From positions 398,784,001-398,848,000 of the forward strand of contig OZ024740.1 of assembly GCA_964016885.1 (NCBI GenBank): 64,000 nt of DNA, given 5' to 3'. Shown piece after piece: positions 1 to 14,900 of the stretch (positions are counted from its first letter, which is position 1; the number at the start of each line of letters is the position of its first letter). The stretch comes from Eledone cirrhosa (taxonomy: Eukaryota). Under the pieces are notes generated by a model. The model did not search any database, was not told the DNA's origin, and saw nothing but the letters and a program-made list of their open reading frames with translations. A program made the position numbers and the translations under genes.

Positions 1-1500
1 TTCTGTCTGAACAACAGTGCTACTCCAGAACAGTGGAAAACTGCCAGTGTCATTCCTCTGTTCAAAAAGGGTGACCACGCATCACCTGTGAACTATCATC
101 CAGTCAGTCTTACTAGCTGCATCGCCAAACTGATGGAATCCTGTGTCAGAGAAACACTTTGGAACTTCTGGAGCTCTCAGTCTTATCCGACCCTCGCAAT
201 TTGGATTTATCCCCAACTCCAGCTGCTGTGATCAACTTATAGAGTTTCTTGAGGACATCACCCGGATCACTGATGGCGGCTCATGGGTGGATGTTGTTTA
301 CCTTGACTTTGCGAAAGCCTTCAATTCTGTGCCATACAAAAGGCTTATGGCAAAACTCTCTGCAATGGGTGTGAAGGATGATTTTTTTAACTGGTTGAAG
401 TCCTTCATTCTCAGTCGAAGAGAGGTAGTCACGGTTCTGGGACAGCATTCCTCACCATATGAGATGTCATCTGGTGTACCACAGGGTTCTGTTCTTGGCC
501 CCCTTTTGTTTGTGGCATATATTAATGATATAGATGCCAACTTAAAGAATGCCACAGTACTAAAGTACGCAGAGACATCAAGCTGTACCTTGAGATAAAA
601 AGGACAATCCTGAACACTATAGATCTTGCTTGCAGTCTGACCTGGACACAATGCAACAATGGATCTCAGACTGGCAACTCAAGCTAGCTGTGGACAAGTG
701 CACCACCATGCATTTTGGGAGTAAAAACCCAGCGTCCACATACTCCCTCCACAGCACTAATATCAAGAAGTCTTGTGAACGTGACCTAGGCATTACGGTC
801 AGCAGCGATTTGCGTTGGACGAAGCACATCTCTAAAATTGTCAAGAGGGCCGAGGGTGTCTTAGCATCACTCAGCAAGACCTTTGTCAGCCGCTCTCCAG
901 ATATCTATTTAAGGCTGTACATGGCTATGGTGCGACCACACTTAGAATTTGCATCACCAGTCTGGAACCCCTATCTTGCTCAGAACATTGACCGCCTGGA
1001 AACTGTTCAGAGACGTGCAACCAAGCGAATACCCTCCATCAGGCATCTACCATACTCTGAGTGCCTTGTTTCCCTGGGCATGGATACATTGAAGCTCCGA
1101 CGCTTGGCAACTGACTTGGTAAATACCCACAAAATTGTTAACCATGTTGCCAACAACAACCCTGAGTACCTTTTTGATTTCCACGTGTCTAACACACGTG
1201 GACATGCCCACAAAGTAAGAAAACAGCACAGTTCCTATGACTTTCGGAAACATTTTTTCACGCTCAGAGTTGCTGAAGCATGGAACAAACTGCCTGCATC
1301 AGTTGTTAGCTGTCGAGACACTGCATCCTTTAAGGCCTCTATGCTTCCCGAGATCCGCCAACACTACAGCTAACACATACACACATGTACTTCCCTGACA
1401 TTTGTGTATTATTCTATGTACTATACAATCACCTTTGACGAGTTGTAGTGCACCTGAGCACTTTACACAATAATTTCATTATTATTATTATTATTATTAT
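1..1500 (+). mobile_element. CR1/L2-clade LINE 3' portion (frameshifted RT, 3' tail with (ATT)n)
   Basis: ORFs 143-598 (QFGF, VDVVYLDFAKAF, GVPQGSVLGPLLF) and 630-1373 (RPHLEFASPVWNP, QRRATKRIP, FFTLRVAEAWNKLP). The YADD motif is broken by a frameshift near 570. Ends in ...gtgcacctgagcact...(att)n. Starts before the window. Confidence 0.93.
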
Positions 1501-2139
1501 ATGATCATGGTTTTACACCAATTTTTCAATGCTAGTATGGATTGAATTGAATGTTCTGAAACAATATTTTACAACTAGACACCCTTTTTTAGTCACCTCT
1601 TATGACATGCAGGTATATGGCATACCTATTCTAAAAACTGAGATACACACAGTAAACTGGAATATACATAGTAAAGCTGTTTTCCTAAATTCACTTTCAG
1701 TACAATCTTGACCCTAGAACTGTCAAACCTGAAGATTGTTGTAGCTTATTTGATTAAATCTTATTTTAGTGTGCCATTAAAACGAAAATAGAATTTTAAG
1801 ATTTAAATTAAAAAAGTGAAACAACAAAATGTATTTAGTTTCTGTAAGAAATATATTATCTATTGGAATTTCGTATTTCTAAAAAATACGGTATGTTTAT
1901 AAATAAACATTTAGAAAGCCATACCTATGCAAAAACACCAGTGGCTATTGCCACCTGGCAGTGTCCAGTGGAAGTAAGGGGGACAATCATCGATGCAACA
2001 GGCGTGTAAATGAGGTGATTAATCTCATTTGCATATGAAGCTGTATAAATTGGCTCAATCTATACAATATGTTATTTAGTTGCTACAAGAAATATATTAT
2101 TTCATAAAATTTTACTTGCATTTCATTCACCTGCTATAA

Positions 2140-3000
2140 TCTATATATATAAAACTGTGGTTGTCTGTCTGTCTATCGATTTTTGGCACACATCTCCTCT
2201 TAGAATCTCTCACGGAATTGCACCGAAATTGCTATACTTGTACATTGAGCCCTAGCGAAGACATCGGAAAAAAAAAATTTCAAATTCACCCACCCTATGT
2301 GACGAAATCGAATATAATGTATCGATTTTTGAGCGTAAGTTATCAGTTATTTCCCTTTGTTCTGTTTACATTGAGCGTCTTACGTAAAAAATTACGCTGG
2401 CTTTAACAGTTGTCGAGCCAGCAAAATATTGACCTGCAAAATTCATCAGTTCGAACACTAAGCTTCCGTTTTGCTTCATTTCCATTTAAAAGCATTTTAA
2501 AACAATATTTTTACTTGAAAACAAGTCTATTTAAAGACTACGTAAAACAAGCAAATATTTCGTCGTTAGGTGTGCAGACAGACAGTCGTGCAGAGAGGTG
2601 ATATAGGCGTGCAGACAAACAGTCGTGCAGAGAGGTGATATAGGCGTGCAGACAGACAGTCGTGCAGAGAGGTGATATAGGCGTGCAGACAGACATAACT
2701 GATAATTTGGTTACGCTAATGTTTTTCTCTGCGTTGCAGTGTTTACATTTTCGATCTTTGTTAATAAATAACCAGTGCAGTTTCTATCCCCAGCATCCTC
2801 TTTTGTTATAACATTCGGGTTATCGTTATGTTTTCTTAACTTCATAAGGCATATTGTTGGTTGAGGGAATATTAATCAAAAACACCACATGCAAGTCTGC
2901 ACAGTAGACACTACAGTTTTTAAGCCAAGAAAGAAACTTAACATTGTAACTTTAACACAGCTACTGAGGGACCCCGAGCAACGCCGGGCTTTACTGCTAG
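2140..3000 (+). mobile_element. Non-autonomous Helitron
   Basis: A|TCTATATATATAAAA 5' end followed by (gtct)n; subterminal hairpin cccgagcaacgccggg; 3' CTAG|T end at 3000. Confidence 0.8.
2572..2694 (+). repeat. 37-bp minisatellite (about 3.3 copies) inside the Helitron
   Basis: Unit gtgcagacagacagtcgtgcagagaggtgatataggc is repeated directly. Confidence 0.9.
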
Positions 3001-3164
3001 TAGAAAATAAAATAAAAGCATTCCAGCCATGATCATCCAGTTTCTCTAGCTATAGGCTATCCATAATTACATAGAGTTTGATTTGCAGTGTCTATGTTAG
3101 ACCTGATATACTGTCTATCAGTATTGTCATGACCATCTAGTCTTATATATATGTATATTACATA

Positions 3165-3320
3165 ATTGTTTCTACTTTTGGCACAAGGCCAGCAATTATC
3201 CCAGTGCATTGCTGGTGCTTTATTTTATCACCCCCGTAAGGATGAAAGACAAAGTTAACCTTGGCGGGGTTTGAACTCAGATCATAAAGGGCCATAACTC
3301 TATGACCCTTTACGTTCTGA
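3165..3320 (-). mobile_element. tRNA-derived SINE fragment
   Basis: Same sequence family as 3908-4280; B-box-like gagttcaaacc on the minus strand. Confidence 0.7.
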
Positions 3321-3333
3321 GTATATTAAATAA

Positions 3334-3908
3334 CTAGCTGAATTACCCGGCGTTGCCCGGGTTACTGCTATTCTTATTCAGATTAGTAAACAATAAATAT
3401 AAAGATGTGTTTTTTTTTCCTCATAATTATTTCAAAATATCAAAATTGTAATGATAATAGAATTTAGAAATGAGAATCTGTCAATCTTGAAGCACCTTAG
3501 GGTAAACAATATTCATTGTCATTTTTTGTTTGTGTCCAAATGAATAAATTGTTGTACATACACTCTCACATACATTCACGCACACCTGTCTGTCATCACA
3601 TATGTATCTGTATGTGTGTGTGCGTGTTTAATTCCCTGAGGCCTAACATATGTTTTAAACTCGCAAACACACACACACTCTCACAGACACATACTCATAT
3701 ACAATGTGACGTCATCGTGGTGGTGGTGGTGGTGGTGATTTACTATAGAAAGTTTATTTTAGATTAAATATTATATTTTTTAAATCCAAATGAAAATAAA
3801 AAAATTGTATGTTGACACTCACGGTAAAATTTGATTTTATTATGTCCAGCCATTTGGGAATGTATAGGAAGAGACAGACAGAGAGACAAAGAATTTTATG
3901 TATAGAGA
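3334..3908 (-). mobile_element. Non-autonomous Helitron, tail-to-tail with 2140-3000
   Basis: Minus strand starts TCTCTATACATAAAA...(tgtc)n and ends cccgggcaacgccggg-taattcagCTAG|T at 3334. Confidence 0.75.
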
Positions 3909-4280
3909 AATTGTTTCTACTTTTGGCATAAGGCCAGCAATTATCCCAATGCATTACTGGTACTTTATTTTATCAACCCAGTAAAGATGAAAGGCAATGT
4001 TAACCTTGGCAGGTTTGAACTGAGATTGTAAAGGGCTGTAACTCAATGCTGCAAAGCATGGCGTCTGACGCTCTACCAATACTGCCAATCTACCGCCATG
4101 TATATAAAATAATTGTTTCTACTATTGGCACAAGGCCAGCAATTACCCAGTACATTACTGGTACTTTATTTTATCGACCCCGTAAGGATGAAAGGCAAAG
4201 TTAACCTCGGCAGGATTTGAACTCAGAATGGCAAGGGCCGTAACTCTGCGTCAAAGCATGGCGTCTGATACTGCCAATTC
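3908..4280 (-). mobile_element. Two tandem tRNA-derived SINE copies
   Basis: Minus strand shows an A-box-like tggcagtattgg, a B-box gttcaaa(c/t)c, and the core gcctttcatc...gataaaataaagtaccag. Two copies at about 3908-4098 and 4110-4280. Confidence 0.75.
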
Positions 4281-4999
4281 ACAAAATGTAACCTAATCAG
4301 TTTACATCCACTTTTCACGCTTTCATGTGTCACAGAAGTTATCACAGCCTAAGTAACTTCTTAATCGGAGTTACTACTCTCTCAGAGGATCATGTTTTAT
4401 TTATACATTCCATTTTTGTCATGGTTTCTACCACTTGATGTCCTTCCTAACAACAACTTTACTGAGTATACTAAAAAGAACATGTCCACTTTTAACATGA
4501 TCTAAACAGAAAAAGACCAAGGTAAAATAGCTCACACAATGTAATATTTCTGCTGGTGTTGGATGCTATAACCAATGTATATTCTCACTTTCACAACTTG
4601 CTATTCCCTGGAGAAACTTCCAATTTGCAGCTTCTACCTAACAAGTTCCTCAAGCTATACAATAATGATCTAGCTATTTCAAATGAGTTCAGGAAGAACA
4701 CCAGACAATATAACTCTTTCAAATAACATCCTTTGATACAAAAGAAGTCCTTTCTCTTAGGAATGGATGGAATACTTCCATGAATATTAAAGGGCAAATC
4801 AATCATTACATTAAACATTTAATGCCAGACCCCAACCAGTAAGCAAATTCCTTCATATTTATTTTATGAATTCTCAAGACAGCACAGAATTGAGAATAAG
4901 GATACTCAAGAATAGTGGAATTCAAATAGTGATTGTTGAATTATTGGAGAACCTATTACAACAAACTTTGCAGAAGAACAAGTTTATGATTAACACCAA

Positions 5000-5905
5000 A
5001 AGCTCCAAATGAAGAATTGCAAGAAACTGATGGCAATACTATGAACTATGTGAATGAGTTGAATCACCTCTTTTCCAATGCAAGCAGACTAATAGAAAAG
5101 GTAGACCTATTATGTGGCTGATGCACAGGTATAATTGGTAGTAAGAGCACCAGTGAAAGAAACTTTTTTCTATAAGGATCCACAGAAGTGGTTGATAGCT
5201 TCTACTACCTAGGGGATCTAATTAGTGTTGGAGGAAGGTACAGTGAAAGCATAGTAGCCAGGATAAGAACAGGGTGGAAAAAGTTCAGGAGACTACTACC
5301 TCTGTTAACAACACAAGATTTCATATGATTGAAAGGTCAGCTATATCAGGCGACCCTTTACAAACACACCTGTGGCCCACACAAAGGTTTTTACAGCGCG
5401 AGCATGTTTTATCTTCGTAATATAAAATTTTAAAAATTAGTAGTAATGTGCACAATTAGTTGTCATGTGCTGCCCTCAGACAACACATGTGACCCTCGGA
5501 GCACCCTCAGTTTGACATACCTAAGCTATATGATGCTATGTTACATGGCAGTGAATTCAGAGGATATGTCGAGGCTGGGGAGAAATGAACAAACATGTTC
5601 TGATGGATATACAATATTAATGTGAGTGAATGACAAAGCTTGAATGAGCCTTTGAGAAACTGGGTATAGGACAAATTAGATGACATTGGTATGGACTTGT
5701 GATGTGTATGGATGATGATCATTGAGTAAAGAAATCCAGTAGAAAGAAACTAAGTAGAAGACCTGAGCTTAGGTTGTGACAGCTGAAACTCACAGAGGAG
5801 ATGACGAAGGACCACATTGAGTGGAGGGATGGTGTGTTTGAAAAGACATGTTCAATCCAAACAAGCTTGGAAAAATGGACATACAATGGTAATGATGATA
5901 ATGAT
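5000..5905 (+). mobile_element. Decayed RTE LINE 3' fragment
   Basis: Recognisable remnants (ttctactacctaggggat = FYYLGD; ataagaacagggtggaaaaagttcagggag = IRTGWKKFRE) and a degenerate (gat)n tail. Confidence 0.7.
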
Positions 5906-8900
5906 AACTTGGTTGGTATGGCTGTTAACATTGAAGATGAAATCCGAAGTTTCATCTAAATGAATCAAACAACATGCTGGTGACTGGTGCACTGAATGAT
6001 GGATGAAGATTATGTTGATTTTAAAATCATTGGAAAGTACATAATTCTCTCCTCAACATTTGTTGATGGATTGAGATATGTGATATAATAATCTCAAGAT
6101 TCCATGATGTGTATAAGGAAGTATAGTAATACTTCATTTTCCATTATACGAACATGCAGTTCAAATTGGTCTGAAATCTAACAGCATCTGTCTATTTTTT
6201 TAAGCATTAACCAAATGTTTGTTTAGATTTAATCATGAGATTTGTTCAGGATCTTCACCCTTGGAACAGATGGTCTCTTTGGTAGGTGTATCATTTACAT
6301 GCTGAGTGTAGAATATTAAAATGGTGTCAATTGTATGCTGTGGCTTTATGAAGCCAAGACCACAACATTATGATAGATTTGTGCAAAACCAAAACACCAG
6401 ATCCAAACAAAGATTGAGTGCTGCATGAACTGGTATTGAAGCACATAATCTATGATCCATATTGCATCAACAACTCACCATATTAGCAAGATGGTACATG
6501 CACTAGAAGGTACTCAACCTCATTCATTGAGCATACAAGTTGTGAGATTAATTCATATCCTGTGTACAGAAGATGGTCTTCAAAAAGGGGAAGATTCAAA
6601 GAACAAGGTTAAACTCTAACTTCTGAATGAAAGTTCATCTATTAAAGATTTTTAAGTACCATCTTCCTGTTGAAATATGCTTATTTGTCAAGTCAAATTC
6701 ATGATCAAGTATGCCAAGAAGGAAATGATCACAGAAAAGGAAATTACAGAGTATTTGGCAGGCATTCTGCACAGCCTGTAAGATGGTTAGTGTTAAGAAG
6801 GGCATCCAGCTGTAGAAGCCATGCCTAATATGGAATTTGAACAAAGTTTGGTTGCTCCAACCAGTCAGGTTTCAGACCATGACAACCCATCCAACCAATG
6901 CCAGTATGGATGATGTAAATGATGGTGTTGATGGTATACTAGGCCTTCTGAAGCTGCCACATCAATATTTGAATTTCTAGTTCATGCAAGAAAACCAGCC
7001 ATTTTTCACTTTCAAGAACACCTTCCCAACAGCATCAAATGGTGGAGACTGCTGCTTTCGACCATTCAATAAAACATTGCCTGTGAATTTCTACAGGACA
7101 GTATACATTGTGGTGGAGTATGATCCATCCCAGACACTGGGGTACAATTAACAGTAGATAATGATGTTATGCAATTAGATAATGATATAACAAAATCCTG
7201 TATTATGCCAATATTCTAAGAATCTACATTTGGACTAATAAGATAGGAAAGTAAGGTGTAGAGTAAAAGTGGTGAAATATCCAGGCATTTTTCCACAGAC
7301 TTCTTCCCCATCACATAAAGGAACAAGAATCATCGAAGGGACATAATGGAGACATCTTCCCATCATTCTGATTATTGGCAAATACTGACCTGCTTTCTAA
7401 CTTTGCAGTCAATATCTGCCCACCAATATATTAGCTCAACAAAAGGCATTTAGATATGATTCCTAGTAAAGAATTTTGCTTAAGGCTCTGATAAAACCTG
7501 CACATTTAATTGTCTCTTATACACCTAAAGCAAAACATCCCCAACTAAAAAAAAAAAAAAAAAAAGATAAAACAAGATATCCAAATAAAATATTTTATTG
7601 CTGAAATAGTTTATTTTCAAGTTAAAAACAGCATTTTTTAAAAATAATTTTTTTCTTCTCAAATTGAATATATTGCTTCTCCAGGAATGTCATTTTGAAA
7701 AGATGCAAGTGAACTTAGAGCACTGCTGACTATTAACAATGATACACAGAATAAGTAGCTCATTTCTCTGGAGAAATACAAATATTTGTGTAGGTGGGAG
7801 TAATTTTGTCTTATTCTGTGAATAATAATTTATTACATAAAGATAATACTTCAAATATATATAAATATGTATATTAGAGGTGTATATGAAAATACACACA
7901 CACAAAAAAAAATTGTTTCTGATTTTCCCTAATTATCTGAAATAGCTCCAATTTAGAATTAAACCATGGTTACAGACTTTACTACTGCACTATAAGTGAC
8001 AGCCAATAATTAGTGGTGCTATTTGTTGTATTTAATAATATTGTCTTGGGCTAAGGTTAAAATTGTATAACGGGAAAGATAAGAGTCGATTCACCTCAGT
8101 ATATTGCTTGTGCATCAAATGAAATGTTAATTAATCTCATTGGAATTTGACATGGAACTAAAAGTACACTAAAGTATCTTGGCTCTATATCTGCACCAAC
8201 TCAATCATTCTTTCAAGTTCAAATTCTTTAATCAGGCATGAAATCTTAGATTTGTTTAGGAAATTTAAACATTTCAAAAAATAATTATCAGTACATTTAC
8301 TCAGGGTATACTGATAACAATTTCTTAGCCAAAACACACATTTGTATGGTATAATTAATGAACTAACTCCCAGAAAGATTTGAACTCAGAAAAGCAACGA
8401 GATATTACTAAATACTACAAGGCATTACTGATATTATTGTTCTGCCAGTTCAATGTATATTTTAATGCAAATTTATATTTGTACTAAAATATTGAAAGGC
8501 AGGGTGAATCTGTAATTTGTCTTTTAACAGGTTAGTGTGTGATAGTTTGACACTTAATTTGCAATGTCATCACATTTCAGGTGAAAGGAAATTTATTTTA
8601 AATTTTCAGCCCCATCTACAAGTAGGAAATGGCCAGGGTATATTTTGCCAATGTGGCACAGCGAATCCAGTCATCAGTGACATGGCAGTGCTAATAATAT
8701 TCAGTATAGACAATTCAGTAGTTCTGGAGAAATATCACAAATATACGGTATAGATGTAGCCAGTTTAGAATGTAGTGATTCTACGTTTGTAAAATGTTTT
8801 TAATATTTAACTGCACTTAATGCAGTTATTTTCTTGACAATTAAACCAGTGTTACAGTTTTGACAGTCGTATGTGAGGAGATTGTTGAGGGAGATTTTGC

Positions 8901-11900
8901 CACATATGCCAGCCAAAAGACTACATAGAAGTTCCTCTTTGGTTTTGGAAAAAAATCAAGCATTTTTTTGAAGTTGTAAAAATGTGACCTGATATTTAGA
9001 AGCCAGTTGCAGAAATGCAATAAAAAAAAAAAAAGTATATTTATATATATTAATTTAAAAAATTTATAATACATTAATTCCTTTTTAATTTCAATAGGAG
9101 GATAAGACAGCATATCATTTTAGAGCATAAATATTTAATATATTTGAATAAATTATGATATATATATATATATGTGTGTGCAACTTCAGCTCCAGACTTC
9201 TCATTTTTAATTCTTAGAAGACAAGAAGATTTTATTTATCCCTGTAATTGAATTCACTATTCAATAGAATGATGAATCTTTATGACTTTAACCTCCAAAG
9301 TAAAGAAGTAAAATACTTCTTACCATAAATAAAATGCATTTTATAATTTTCGCAACCTAGATAGTAATTATTTTCCAAATCAATTCTTTTATAAAATGTA
9401 TAAATCATATTTTAGTTTAATGGTATTAAAATCTAAAAACCAAGCTGGATAGTATTACACTTAATTTACCTTAACGAAACAAAATTTTGAAAAATTACAA
9501 TCATTTTGTGTGTAAGAAGAATAAAACTAACAATGTAGGGATTGATAAAAATGTATTCATTGATGAAATATTTAACACATGTTTCAAATAACACAAAGGA
9601 TTGCATGAATTGAAAATAGATTATTTTCATTGTTGCTAGAATACTTTAAATAATATATTATTAAATTACTTCCATTTTTTTTTAACCTGGAAAAAGTCAA
9701 ATTTAAATACACAAATATAATTTTATAAAATTTACTTTGAGATAAGATTTAATAAATTTCAGAACACAGTAATAAACTAATATATATATGCTATATTACA
9801 AAGACTGCCAGGTACAGTCAGGCCTGTAGAATAAAAAATATTTTTGTACTTAATGAAATACTGCAATATTTTAAAATTTCTATTTCGCAACTTTTTCACT
9901 TTGTTGAGATTTTAAATTCAGATCTCCAACTAGTTTACATTGCATTTTGACCATCTCCAAAGGTAGTACAATGCCTAGGACTGAACTTGCTACTCTTAAG
10001 GATAAAATATACAAAAATAGGGACAGGATAATAAATCAATAAAATTGAGCAAATTCAATCCTAGATAGGGTACCAAAGTCCCTGAATTGTGTGTGTGTTG
10101 AGTTTACAAATGAAAAATGTTATGGTAATGAGATGATAAAGTGTGATAAATTTAGTGAAGAAATGTTATGATCAGACACCAATGTAGAAAAGGACCAAGA
10201 CAAATTTGTGAAATAAAACCCAGCTTATTAAAGAAGAAATTAAGTTGATGAGAAGTTATTTTGAGGACTCATATTGCTTTTGCAACCAGAAATTATAATG
10301 ACTCAGACTCAGCATATTGAAATTTCTTTCAGCAACCATGGAGATAAGAAAGGTAAAAATAAGTTTATCAACATTCAACTGAACTCATGTGATACACCAA
10401 GATACCATAAAACATCCACTCTATCTCTCAAATATGTGCTCTAATATCAATTCACTTCATTTGTTTCAAAGCCTAACCCATATAACTGAACTTAGTGGGA
10501 GAAGTCAAAACTAAATAATGTAGTGCATTTAGTTTTGGTGTGATATAATTTCAGCAATAATAATTATGTGTATGTGAAGTGTGAAAACTCAAAAATTTAA
10601 AGTGTAGAAGGAAACATAAAGTTCATTATTTTTATTAGAAAGCTAGATAATATATTTCCAGTTAGTTATAGATTGAAACCCAAATCCTATTGCTGCACTA
10701 TAAGTATCCACCTTCTTAATAATTTCTTACTTTTATAGAAGACCACAGATTTTCATGCTATATGTGCAGTTAATTGAATTGATTTTTAATTTATATTGTA
10801 TGGTACTTATCTTATCAGCAATGGAGATATAAAAGGCAAAATTGATACCCACCGTTTGAAGCAGAAGCTAAAACATTATAAGGCATTTAGTAGTCTATCT
10901 CCCTACTAACTATATTACTCCACTAATATTTTTAGGGAATGAAATAGGAAGTTGGAATGTTCAGGAATTTCCTGAGAACATTAACAACAAAAATTAACTT
11001 GATTCCATATGGAAGTCAAAAGATGGTTAAAATAGAAATAATACGAAAATTTAATTGAAAAAATTATTGAGATTTCTCTCTAAGTCGTGGAGATAATTTA
11101 TTCTGATATACTACTCTATTTCAAGAGTTTATTTACCCTCATGGGTATAGTTTAAAGAGAAATAGACTCTGACAGGTTGACTTGCCCTAAAAAATGCATG
11201 TAATCAAAATCTTCAGTTGTGCCCTTAAGATCTGTTCAGTTATGAAACTTGTCACATTTTACTGTAAAGCCAATAACATTAATAAGTAGGTTTAGTAATC
11301 AGGCACAAAAAGTTATATTTTGTAGAGAAAAAAAAATAAGGTGAGTGTTGTGGCCCATTCTCAAAAATATTAACAGCCTAATAAAAGTAAAATGATTTCA
11401 AACTGAAATGAAAACTTGGACCATTAGAAGCTTGATTCTTTTTCTAATATGGTTGCCAAGCTTTGATAAAATATATAAAATAACTTCTTCTAACCTGGCA
11501 CAAGACCAATATTTTTAGGGATGATGTATAGTCAATTGGGTTAAACTTTGTATATTGCTGGTATATATTTTGATAACACATAAGTAGATAAAATTATATA
11601 CTCTGGTAAATTTAAATACTATATTGGTCATCTCTCCAGACATAGCAGAAAAAAGAATGAAGCACAAGTTGAATTAAATTAGTTTAAGTAACAAGTATTG
11701 GATCAGCGGATACTTGTTTTAACCATCACCTCTCACTTGAAGCAAACTAAAAAATAACCATGACATGATAAGACTATAGAATAGTAATAGACAAATTCTC
11801 TTAATGTTCTACCTTAATGTTCTACCGACTTGACACGCCAAGTCTTTACTGTTGACGAAAATTAATGAAAGTGAAAAAAAAAATCATGGAGAGTAACTCT

Positions 11901-14900
11901 ATTTTAACTGCTGAGTATATTCTGATTAAATAGGTTTTTTAAGCAACCTATTAAAATAAACTAAAAAAAAAAATTTATATTAATTTAAAAAAATTAGACA
12001 GTAATCATAACCTGTATTTACATTTTTATCTGGATTAGACAAAGTGGGGTTTAAGGTACTGGACTACTTACTGACCTCATAGCCATAAGTTCATAAGCAA
12101 CTAGTCATTGTAGTATGCGCCCTGGAAAAGGGATATAACTCTGGTGACTTTATTTCATTTGGCAGGTTCATCTTTTATTTCGCAAGTAGCTAACTATAGA
12201 GAGGGAATCCAGCTGTAAAAAAACAGGCTGCTCCAGCAGAAAATCACCCAACTCATGCAAGCATAGAAAAATGTGGGAGGAGGGGAGTTGTTAAGATTAT
12301 ATTAACCAAACTAACAAATGTTACTCAACCGTTGGTTGAATTAATCATTACAAGTAATAACAAAATTATAAGTATCTAGGTGGCTTTTAATGTGTTCTGT
12401 TTGAATAAGATCATTAGTTAATCTAAGTAGTCCAAAGACTTACTATTATCAAAATACAGTGGTGATGGATAAAAGAAATGATAGCGTCAAACTAAATGCC
12501 TTGCAGTACTTAGTTACATCCCTTTACATTCTAAGGTCAAATCTCGCTAAGGCTTTTGATTCTGATGAGTTTATAAAATATATACTATTCAAAATATGGG
12601 TAAATTCAATTGACTATACTCTTCTTCCCACATTTATTGCCTTGTGCCAAAATTAGAAATCATTATTAATTAAAGGCAGTATTGGTTCAAATGCCTTTCA
12701 ATATCTAGGTTCATGCTTGAAAAGTTCCAATCCTGCAGGAGTCAATTTTTAATTTTATTACTCAATGGTTGATGAAACAAGTAGCAGTGATGTAATAGTC
12801 AAAGCCCACCCAACAAATATATGCACCAATGTAAGAAATTACTATTTTAAGGAAGATCATGTTGCAAATAAAAATAGTTTCATATAAGTTTCAAATCTCA
12901 GAGATGTCCATAGTTCATAATTAAATTACCCTTAAAAACAAAAATTTAGAAAAGAAAATAACAAAGCATCTATTTATAAATAATATCAGTTGTTTAAAAT
13001 GTAATAATCTTATATACTATTTAAAAAAAAAAACAATATCAAACAACAAGAGTTGCAAGTTGAATGTTCTTATCCCATCTGTGCTTAGGCATAGCCAAAG
13101 CCCAACGGCTGGGAAAGAGCTTTTACTGCACTGTAAAATGGCTCTGTATAGTGCAAGTAAACTTATCGCTTCCAGACAAACAACTTCCCTTACTTCCTCA
13201 TGGTATTAGCACCATTAAACTTGGAAGAGTGTGAAAGTGAATGTTTAGTGCTATAACTGTCTAAATTGCTCTCAAAATTCAGTATGCATCTGCTCTGGAT
13301 TTCAGTGGCTACTGGTGGCCCTTGTCTTTCCAGGTACCTTATGACAAGCTGGAGTAAAGCCAATTGTTGCATTACCTCCTATGATTTGTGTTTTCTTCAG
13401 ATTTACAATATATTGGTGATTAGAAAATATGACTTGATAATACCAGAGGCCCTACTCTAAAACCACCTAAGAGACCTATAAAGAAACCTATCTTATCCAA
13501 TCACTATTACAGTACTGTGGCCTTAAGTCTTAACAATTTAGTCTACACAGATGTTAAGGTACCACTGAGAAGCAAAATACACTGCTGTAAGAAGCAGTGA
13601 GTGCTGTACAACTAATGAGTTTTCAGTTGAATTTATATTGCCATGATTAAATACACCCATGAGCAACACATATGATAGACTAGCATCCAATCTGAGAGAG
13701 AGAGAAGCCTCAACAACTTAATGAGTTTACAATTGAGGTTCAGTTCAGCATATCACAAAAGTAGAAGATGAAAATTTTTTTAGATAATTCTTTTTTTTAA
13801 ATAATATTTTATTTGAAAAAATAGAATTTAAGAACATTTCAAATGCACAATTAAACCAATGAAATAAAAGTTCTACTTGTACCAAATAAATGTTACTATT
13901 GAAATGAAAAGAAACAAAGTTACATGCAATTAGTCTAATTTTAACCTAAGTAAAATTAAGATGAAGGTTTTTTTAAAAAGAGTATCTTGTCTGACTTCTC
14001 GGTAAGATCAAGCAAGATGAATTGGTAGTGAAAATAACAATATGATGATAAATAAACAGATTCTATGTAGTGAACAGAGAGTATTTTAGCAAAGAATTAA
14101 CTAACCCACCACTAGACAAGCAGAAGATTGTCACTCAAGGCTAAAATATTTAAATGTAGTGAAATGGGATTATGTGGTATTCAGGCAATGTAAATGAAGT
14201 GAAATTGCTCTTATCAGGAAACAAAACCAAGTTATGGATTTGTTTCAACCAGTAGCTTACTATTACTATATGGTGCTCACCAGTTATAAATAATAGTGTG
14301 TTCTAATAGACACAAGATCATACATGTTGAATGCAGAGAACAGTCGATTAACCCAGCCCTGTAGTTGATAGTTCTTTTATCACACTTTAGAAGAGAAAGA
14401 CAAAGTCAATGATAACTGAATTTGTATAGTATTACCCTCAGTTATGCAAGCATATTCAGAAGTATCTCAGTTGTGAATGATGAGACATCAACCATGGCAG
14501 GACATAATGACTGTGAAGCTGAAGATCTAAACCAAGACCATCCATTCTGTCAAACCACCAGCTCCCAATCCCAATGGACTGGTGCTAACAGTAGATTCTC
14601 TCGTGGCCTATGAAAGAATCTACAGTTAGCACCACAGAAGATAGAACCAATGATGATTGTAAACATAAGCACAGCGTCACACATTTATAAGGGAGGACTA
14701 CAGTTGATTGAAGTGATCCCAGTATATATCTGGTACTTATTTTAATCAATCCTAGAGAGAAAAGAAGTGAAGGTAAAATTACTATTTAGAATTACTGTTG
14801 ATTACAAATATGCAACTGTTTTGGAATAAGATACTCAAATTAATTAAAAATCAACTATCGTTTTTCAACAAAAAATATCTGAGTACACTATAATTTTTCA

